NCBI GenBank assembly: GCA_011364965.1
Contig: RDOB01000003.1
Span: forward strand, 408,524 to 472,523
Reading direction: 5' to 3'
Source: Candidatus Heimdallarchaeota archaeon
GTDB taxonomy: Archaea; Asgardarchaeota; Heimdallarchaeia; Hodarchaeales; Hodarchaeaceae
Length of the DNA: 64,000 bases
The first letter of the stretch is position 1. Every line of letters starts with the position of its first letter. The position numbers and the translations under genes are program-made. The notes below the pieces were generated by a model. The model was not told the DNA's origin and did no database searches. It saw only the letters and a program-made list of their open reading frames with translations. Shown here piece after piece: positions 8,351 to 15,043 of the stretch.

Positions 8351-9718
8351 TTATTTCGTTCCTGTTGTGAAATTAACTCCTTCAATTAACATTGCAGGAG
8401 CAAAGGTCGGGATAGTCACCTCAAGCCACCATTTAATTTGCCTTGTTTTATTTTGAATTGCGGAGATGTTTTTTACTAGATTTGGAAAAGTATCGGTTAT
8501 TCTTAATTCTCTAATCGGCCTTTGAATCTCCCCATTTTCTATTAGAAACATCCCATCTCGTGGAATTGTGCTGAATATTCCTTCAGCTGCATTTGTTGTA
8601 CGAGTGTACCAATTGCTGGTTACCAAAATTGTTGGTTTTTTGGATTCACGAATAAGTTCCTCAAAAGTAAATATTCCAGGTTCAATAAGGATATTGGTAT
8701 TTGAGGGAATTATCAAACCAGCATTAGATGTAGTTGTGGTTCCAAGCTTTTTAGCAGTGGATGTATTATGTATTAAACCTTTTAATACTCCATTTTCAAA
8801 TAAAGTCGTTTGTTGACTGGGAACACCTTCAATATCAGCAAAGCGAGAGCGAATACCATTTGGTACAGTCGCGTCGTCATAAGCAGTAAATTTCTCAGAT
8901 GCAACTTTATCTCCAATTTTATCCTTAAGCCAAGATCTTCCTATATCGATACTAAAAGGATTAGCACCTCTGATAGTTGCTCCAACGATATCAGCCACAA
9001 CTGTAGGAGATAAGAGAGCATCGTATTTGCCAGGTTCCCCTTTTCTCCCTCCTTTTGACTGAAAAGCTATTTCTCCTGCTGTTTGACCTGCTTGTTGAGT
9101 ATTTAATGAGTTCAACATCCTACCAACGCTTAATCCCTGTCCTGATTCAGTTGGTTCTAAAAAGGATCTGATTAGAAACTCAAAACTCGAATTTAAAGTT
9201 TTAAATTCAACATCGTTGTTAGTTTTAATCTTTGATCTGCTATAACCCCAAACCAAAATTCCTGCACTATGTTTCGCACCATGATCGATAGCTGCATTAA
9301 GCCCCTCCTCAACCTGATCAACAGCTTTCTCGTGAAAATTCACAATATCAGGATCATATAATCCACTAAGTTTCTTATATTGAAAGGGACCTTTTGCTAT
9401 ACCTCCATAATCGTCTTTTGGAGGAATTGCTTTACCAAAGGTAATTAATTCATCTAAAGATTTGTAAACAGCTTCCATACTTGATATGTCAGAGATATCT
9501 GTAGTAGCAATCTTCTTATCTTTGACGTAAAAAAATCCTGCTTGAACATTAGCCCATCGTTTACTAACTATAATATCATTCTTACTAAACCGCAATTGAA
9601 ATCGGATTTCATCTGAACCATAGACAATTATATCATCAGGGTTGGTTTTCTCAAGGTATTGCATACTTTTATCTATAATTTCATCAAGAGTAAGAGTATT
9701 TGTCTGTTCCGAGTCCAT
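8351..9718 (-). CDS. pmbA: PmbA/TldE-family protein, copy 2
   Basis: 455 aa with the pattern SNWYTRTTN..STIPRDGMFLIENGEI..PIRELRITD and no HExxxH. Its ATG directly abuts the TAG stop of the upstream tldD (..GTGGTGAGATAGATG..). Confidence 0.8.
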   Translation of the reverse strand: MDSEQTNTLTLDEIIDKSMQYLEKTNPDDIIVYGSDEIRFQLRFSKNDIIVSKRWANVQAGFFYVKDKKIATTDISDISSMEAVYKSLDELITFGKAIPPKDDYGGIAKGPFQYKKLSGLYDPDIVNFHEKAVDQVEEGLNAAIDHGAKHSAGILVWGYSRSKIKTNNDVEFKTLNSSFEFLIRSFLEPTESGQGLSVGRMLNSLNTQQAGQTAGEIAFQSKGGRKGEPGKYDALLSPTVVADIVGATIRGANPFSIDIGRSWLKDKIGDKVASEKFTAYDDATVPNGIRSRFADIEGVPSQQTTLFENGVLKGLIHNTSTAKKLGTTTTSNAGLIIPSNTNILIEPGIFTFEELIRESKKPTILVTSNWYTRTTNAAEGIFSTIPRDGMFLIENGEIQRPIRELRITDTFPNLVKNISAIQNKTRQIKWWLEVTIPTFAPAMLIEGVNFTTGTK

Positions 9719-11149
9719 CTATCTCACCACTATGCTCCTTATTCGAGTTCCTTCGGGACCGCCATGCCAAACTGGAGCCCCTTGCATTGGATCCCCTTTT
9801 CCGCACATAGCAGCGTCGAATTCTAAAATTTTTGTCGCTCCATCAATAGCACTGAATAATCCTGGAGTTGTTGTTTCTAATACGGGTCTTCTTATTAAGG
9901 TCGATGATAATTCTCCATCCTTGATTAAATATGCCTCTCGGCCGACATATCGACTTTGGAATCTCCGATCATCTATGTTCCATTCTGAGAAGTTCTTCAT
10001 ATATATTCCTAGTTTTATGTCTTCAAAGATTTCATCAAATCCGAAATCACCATTTGAGATATATGTATTCGCCATCCTCGGAATAGGTTCCCTGTTATAT
10101 GCTGAATTTCGTGCAGCTCCAGTTGAAGATGTACCTAAAAATCCTGCTGATTCTCGATTATGAAGCATTTCGGTAAATATACCCTTTTTTATTAGGTATC
10201 TAGGCCTCGCTTTTACTCCCTCAGAATCGAACTTGTAGAATCCGTAAGAACCAGAGATAGTAGGGTCATCAATAATCGTTACATATTCTGAACCTATTTG
10301 TTCACCGAGTTTGTCAACATTTAAGTAAGATTCTCCCGCTTGAGCTGCTTCTCGTCCCAAGATGCGATCAGCCTCAGAGGGGTGACCACAATTCTCGTGG
10401 GCAATTAATCCGCACACATTCGGTCCAACGACAAAATCTAGTTCTCCTTTAGGACATTCTTGGGCTTTAGCGGCCACTTTAGAAAGAATTTCTGCTTCTG
10501 TTGAAAGAAAATTTGTTAAATCCCATTTATCAATCCATTCATATCCACCAGTTGCCCCTTTTGAATAGCTTGCCTGTTCCATGGCTCCTCGATTTGGATC
10601 AACAGCTGTTAATATTCCAAAAAAGTTTAAACTTGGGATTTCTGACTCTATCTTCGACCCATCCGAAGTAATTAAGTATATTGCTCTAATGGTATCCATT
10701 AGCATAACAATTCGGAAGGGAATTGGTAAATTACTAATACTTTTATCAATAGTGAAGAGTAAGTCCATTTTTTCCTCAGGGGAGGTATCTGCAGGAGACT
10801 TAAGAGCACCAACTTTATATTTCCCTTCTGATGCCTTCTCCTCAGAGAAGATAATTGGTTGCTTCCTTAAGCGAGCACTTGCTCTTGTAAGTTTTAATAC
10901 CTGTTTTACGGCATTCTCTACATAATCCTGTGTATAGACATTAAATGATGTAAATCCCATTGCTCCCTCAACTAGTACACGGACTCCAATCCCACTGGTT
11001 CGGTCAAAAGCACCAAGTTCAGGTGTTCCATTTTTTAATATGAATTGATTATTCATGTACTGCTCATATCTAGCCTCAATATAATCTACACCTTGGCTTA
11101 ATGCTAGCTCTATAACCTTATCGCAGGTATCCTTTCCATTTAATACCAT
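9719..11149 (-). CDS. tldD: TldD-family zinc metalloprotease, copy 2
   Basis: 476 aa with the HENCGHPSEADR site (HENCGH at nt 10382-10399), RMANTY, EWNIDDRRFQSRYVG and MCGKGDPMQG. It aligns clearly with copy 1 over the C-terminal half. Confidence 0.85.
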   Translation of the reverse strand: MVLNGKDTCDKVIELALSQGVDYIEARYEQYMNNQFILKNGTPELGAFDRTSGIGVRVLVEGAMGFTSFNVYTQDYVENAVKQVLKLTRASARLRKQPIIFSEEKASEGKYKVGALKSPADTSPEEKMDLLFTIDKSISNLPIPFRIVMLMDTIRAIYLITSDGSKIESEIPSLNFFGILTAVDPNRGAMEQASYSKGATGGYEWIDKWDLTNFLSTEAEILSKVAAKAQECPKGELDFVVGPNVCGLIAHENCGHPSEADRILGREAAQAGESYLNVDKLGEQIGSEYVTIIDDPTISGSYGFYKFDSEGVKARPRYLIKKGIFTEMLHNRESAGFLGTSSTGAARNSAYNREPIPRMANTYISNGDFGFDEIFEDIKLGIYMKNFSEWNIDDRRFQSRYVGREAYLIKDGELSSTLIRRPVLETTTPGLFSAIDGATKILEFDAAMCGKGDPMQGAPVWHGGPEGTRIRSIVVR

Positions 11150-11355
11150 AATTTACAAATCCCTATTAATTCTGTTCTTTAAAATAAAAATCTGCATTTG
11201 AATAAATAAATCTAATGCTATTTTAGAAGACTTTTTATGTTAAAACCTCGATGTTAACAAGCTAATCCCTTCCTATGATCAATACTAGTTCATTGATTTT
11301 AATATATAAAAATACTCTCGAAAAACACAGTCTAAAATAGGGAAGTGATAATGAA

Positions 11356-12096
11356 TTGGATAAGGAAATTATTGCAAGTTTTTATGTTGACTATAGTGCA
11401 TCCGAGGCATGTAATTATAGCGAACTCGCAGCTCTAATAGACGAAGTTGGACCTAGTGATATCCCTTTTTCAATCTATTTTGAAGTCTCAGAAATAATAT
11501 CTAATTTTGACTATCGTGAATATGATGCGGAGGCCTTCAGGAAATATTTTCTCTCGCGACATCTTATCGTGCCACCTTCATATGATGAACAACTACATAT
11601 GCATCAGAGAGATTATCCTATTGTTAAGATTATTCGATGGATAAGATATCCTTGTGACTTCTCTTTTAATGAAATTCACAAATTTTTCTTAAAAGCCCTT
11701 AGATCTGAGTTTTTTTCAAACCCTTCTATAGTTGGAGTTAATCCGAGAGACTATCTAAATGAGAAAGGAAAGCGTCCAAATATCTGGAAATATCCATCTC
11801 TTGTAGGCAAATCATTTTATATTACAGGAGAGATTGAGCTTGTTGATCCTGCATCTAACAAACCCTATACCCCAGAGGCATTCGAGACTTTGATTTGCAA
11901 GAAGGGAGGAAAAGTAGTGAAACAGATCAATCCGGACTTGGATTATATAATTGTTGGTGGATCACACTCACCTAGCTACACTGGAAAATATAAAGGCCAG
12001 AGATGGTTCAGGACGGAAAGTCCACGGTCTATCCCTATCATTTCTGATATAACCTTATTTAATTTTATTACAAACGAATATACCTGTACCCTGTAA
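11356..12096 (+). CDS. hypothetical protein with C-terminal BRCT-like domain
   Basis: 246-aa ORF with a TTG start in the track, so the start is uncertain. The C-terminal ~95 aa (nt ~11797-12093) read LVGKSFYITGEI...FETLICKKGGKVVKQINPDLDYIIVGG...IPIISDITLFNFI. This matches the BRCT pattern known from LigA (GKT.V.TG.L...GGKV..SVSKKTDY.V.G...). The N-terminal 145 aa are unassigned. Confidence 0.55.
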   Translation: MDKEIIASFYVDYSASEACNYSELAALIDEVGPSDIPFSIYFEVSEIISNFDYREYDAEAFRKYFLSRHLIVPPSYDEQLHMHQRDYPIVKIIRWIRYPCDFSFNEIHKFFLKALRSEFFSNPSIVGVNPRDYLNEKGKRPNIWKYPSLVGKSFYITGEIELVDPASNKPYTPEAFETLICKKGGKVVKQINPDLDYIIVGGSHSPSYTGKYKGQRWFRTESPRSIPIISDITLFNFITNEYTCTL

Positions 12097-12371
12097 ACTA
12101 TTAGTCATTATATTTAATGCGAGATTAACTATATAGCTCATATTTTATATTCCTATTTTATCGTTTGTTACCTTTTTTTCCAAACAACCCAATTTTACTG
12201 TATTTAATTTTCATGATAGATATTCCCATAGAATATTAGATTCACAAATTCCAAAATTTAACAGGAACTATTCTGCTTCGTGCTTTTCCTAATTTATTAT
12301 GAATTAAAAACCTGATGATAACATAGAAACACTATCTGAAGGCAATAGGAACCCCAACGTGCAAGAACTAT

Positions 12372-12506
12372 TCAGTGCCAGCTCCAGCGAGTTTCTTTTA
12401 GTTCCTTAGCAGTAATTAGAGGTTCTTTCCCATACTTTTTTTCCAGATAAGACATTTGATCATCGGAATCTTTTGGTTTTTTTGCAGTTTTTATTTGAGT
12501 TGACAT
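12372..12506 (-). CDS. possible 44-aa basic miniprotein
   Basis: This is the only ORF in the 646-nt gap. An internal ATG gives MSTQIKTAKKPKDSDDQMSYLEKKYGKEPLITAKELKETRWSWH. There is no clear SD. A TATA-like CTTAAAAATAG lies upstream on the minus strand. Evidence is weak. Confidence 0.2.
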   Translation of the reverse strand: MSTQIKTAKKPKDSDDQMSYLEKKYGKEPLITAKELKETRWSWH

Positions 12507-12742
12507 ACAATAATGATATGATTTTTTCCTTTTAAAAGCAAAAGAGAGAGTAGTTTGAAAATGAAAAACAACTATTTTTAAGGTCAATACCGACTTAATT
12601 CAATTTCTGTACCTAGAATCCTTTTCAGTTGATGATGAGATGGATTTATTTAAAATTAAACTCTAAAATAGTGTGGTTAATATTATAAAGAGTTCTTCAA
12701 GTCAAAGACAGATTGTATTGATTATAATTGGGGATTAGGTAA

Positions 12743-13165
12743 TTGTCTGAAAAACAAAAAAAACTCTCATATCTTAGCCAAGAATGGTTAGATGAAGTTA
12801 TAGTGCAAATAAAAGCAAATTTAAGCGCAGAGGATATGAAAAATGTCTCTTCATCGATGAAAAATGTTTATAAAAATTGTCCTGATAAAAAGATCCATTA
12901 TTTATATTTTAAATTTGAGAAAGGATTGCTAACCGAAGCTTTAGTTGGAACAGATAAAGATGAAGTTGTTTCCCGCTCATCAGAGTTTCAAATTCACGGT
13001 GATTATGAAACGTTTGCCCTTATTTCCCAAGCGAAATTGGGAGCGAGATCAGCGCTCATGCGAAATCAAATAAAATTAAAAGGAAATATGGTGAAGGCTT
13101 TAAGACTTGCAAGTGTAGTTGATCGGTTGAATAAAATTATTGCTACCGTACCAACTGAATTTTAA
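12743..13165 (+). CDS. SCP2 (sterol-carrier-protein-2-like) domain protein
   Basis: 140 aa with a TTG start after GGGGATTAGGTAAT. The C-terminal pattern ALMRNQIKLKGNMVKALRLASVVDRL is typical of SCP2/alkyl-sulfatase C-terminal lipid-binding domains. Confidence 0.55.
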   Translation: MSEKQKKLSYLSQEWLDEVIVQIKANLSAEDMKNVSSSMKNVYKNCPDKKIHYLYFKFEKGLLTEALVGTDKDEVVSRSSEFQIHGDYETFALISQAKLGARSALMRNQIKLKGNMVKALRLASVVDRLNKIIATVPTEF

Positions 13166-13176
13166 AGGGAATCATT

Positions 13177-14367
13177 ATGATGGACGAGTATTCAATAGAC
13201 CACCAAAGACGATTAAAGAGAATTCAACAAAAAATGGAAGAATGGAATCTAGCTGTATATTTAGGATCACGGTTACGAACTTTGAGTTATGTTGGAGATG
13301 TATTTTGTCCCTGGAGGTCATTTATCATCATTCCTCAAGAAGGGGAACCAATAATCTATACTTTTATAATCGACGCAGAACGAGTTCGTGATGAAAGCTG
13401 GCTTGACGATGTGAGAGGTTTTGGTCCTCTTGGTGGTGGTCATCAACTAGATGTTTTAACTGATGCTATTACAGATTGTTTAACAGGTGGTAAAGCGAAG
13501 ATTGGAGTGGAGCTTGGATTGAGTAATTATTTACCAGAAGGGTATCTAACTACTGAAGAGTATAATTATTTGACAAAAAAATTACCTTATGCAGAATTCA
13601 TTAATAGCATAGACATTATTGATGAAATCTCTATGTTCAAAGAGTCAGGAGAAATCAATCGATTTCGGAAAGCATCTGAAATTGTGGATCTAGGCCACAA
13701 AGCAGTTTTAGAAGGACTAGAAATCGGAATGACTGAAACAGAGATTGCAGGATTAGCCGATTACGCCATGAGGAAAGCGGGAAGTGAATGGGCATGGTCT
13801 TTTACTGGAGGAAATGAGATCGCGTCTGGTTATCGAACTTCTTACCCGATGGGGGCGTGTACTCCAGCAACACGGCGCCCAATATACGCAGGGGAACCCC
13901 TGATGGTTGATTTACACGCGATGTACAAACTAGCCCTTGGAGATCATGCACATAACTATCTCATTTCACCTGTATCCAGAACACAAAAAATGCATGCAAA
14001 ATATTTTCTTGAAACCATTACACGAGTCTTGGACCTCTATGCTCCTGGAATGACACCCGCAGAGATCGCAGATAACATTATGGATTGGGCTGATTTACGA
14101 GGATTTGCACAATATCTAGTTCCAGGGTTCGAACATGGAATTGGACTTATGGGAGATGAATGGCGGATTGGAATGAATGATGGACCCTTACCTTACTGGA
14201 CAAACCCAGATCATATCTATAAAGAGAATATGATGTTGATTTGTGCCATGCAGTATATGGCCCCAGAAGATCATGTTGGATTTCGATATGAAGGTCCGAT
14301 AGTAATCACGAAAAAAGGGTGTGAAGTTCTACCAAAGACACCGTTAGAAGTGACAGTTTTAAGTTAA
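13177..14367 (+). CDS. M24-family peptidase / creatinase-like (Xaa-Pro aminopeptidase fold)
   Basis: 396 aa with a creatinase-like N-domain plus a pita-bread domain (GEPLMVDLHA, LGDHAHNY, FEHGIGLMG, GFRYEGPIVITKKG). The usual (I)EPG glutamate position reads AMQ, so one metal ligand may be missing. Confidence 0.7.
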   Translation: MMDEYSIDHQRRLKRIQQKMEEWNLAVYLGSRLRTLSYVGDVFCPWRSFIIIPQEGEPIIYTFIIDAERVRDESWLDDVRGFGPLGGGHQLDVLTDAITDCLTGGKAKIGVELGLSNYLPEGYLTTEEYNYLTKKLPYAEFINSIDIIDEISMFKESGEINRFRKASEIVDLGHKAVLEGLEIGMTETEIAGLADYAMRKAGSEWAWSFTGGNEIASGYRTSYPMGACTPATRRPIYAGEPLMVDLHAMYKLALGDHAHNYLISPVSRTQKMHAKYFLETITRVLDLYAPGMTPAEIADNIMDWADLRGFAQYLVPGFEHGIGLMGDEWRIGMNDGPLPYWTNPDHIYKENMMLICAMQYMAPEDHVGFRYEGPIVITKKGCEVLPKTPLEVTVLS

Positions 14368-14382
14368 ACCTTCTTAGCTTGA

Positions 14383-14931
14383 TTATTCCTCCTCTAGATC
14401 GATTATAATACCATTCTCTGTATCATAAACAAACCCTTCGACTTTAACATCAGCTGCAATAATCAAAGGATGCCTTCGAAGTTTCAGTACTGATTCTATT
14501 ACTTGATTCTCTACATCATTAAAACCCAAAAATGCTTGTTCAACAGAGGAAGATCCAAGTAGCTTCAAAGTCTCAACTGGAGTAATATCAGCACTATTAG
14601 CCATCTTTTCTAGCATAGAATTCATTCGAGAGGTACTCATGGCTCCACCACAATGTGTATGACCCACTATAGCAATATTTTTCACACCTAATTCATATAC
14701 TGCAATCAATGTAGATCGAAGTGAATCGGGGGTTACTAAAGCACCTGCATTTCGAATAATAGTTACTTGGCCTGGTTCTGTTACTCCAAAAACCTCGTCA
14801 ACAATTCGACAATCCATGCAGGTAATGACTAGTAATCGTAATTTAGGAGCCCCTGTTAGTTCCTTATATGGAAAATAGTATTTTAGATCTGACCATCGAC
14901 TAAACTGTTTTTTAAGCTCATTTTTTTCCAT
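14383..14931 (-). CDS. beta-class carbonic anhydrase-like protein
   Basis: 182 aa with the zinc ligand motifs CMDCR (C-x-D-x-R) and GHTHCGG (H-x-x-C). A GAGGTGT SD lies 5 nt upstream of the ATG. Confidence 0.7.
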   Translation of the reverse strand: MEKNELKKQFSRWSDLKYYFPYKELTGAPKLRLLVITCMDCRIVDEVFGVTEPGQVTIIRNAGALVTPDSLRSTLIAVYELGVKNIAIVGHTHCGGAMSTSRMNSMLEKMANSADITPVETLKLLGSSSVEQAFLGFNDVENQVIESVLKLRRHPLIIAADVKVEGFVYDTENGIIIDLEEE

Positions 14932-15043
14932 TTTTACACCTCAAATTGAGTTTATAAGTAGAAATATTTGATAGTCTTTTTTTCAATCGATTTCCTCGTC
15001 ACAACATTTAGATTTATCCCTTTTTTTAGTCAATAGTAATGAT

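Noticed and set aside
8568-10925. Track ORFs 8568-8816, 8810-9013, 9642-10163 and 10581-10925.
   Set aside because: These are shadow ORFs on the opposite strand of tldD/pmbA copy 2.
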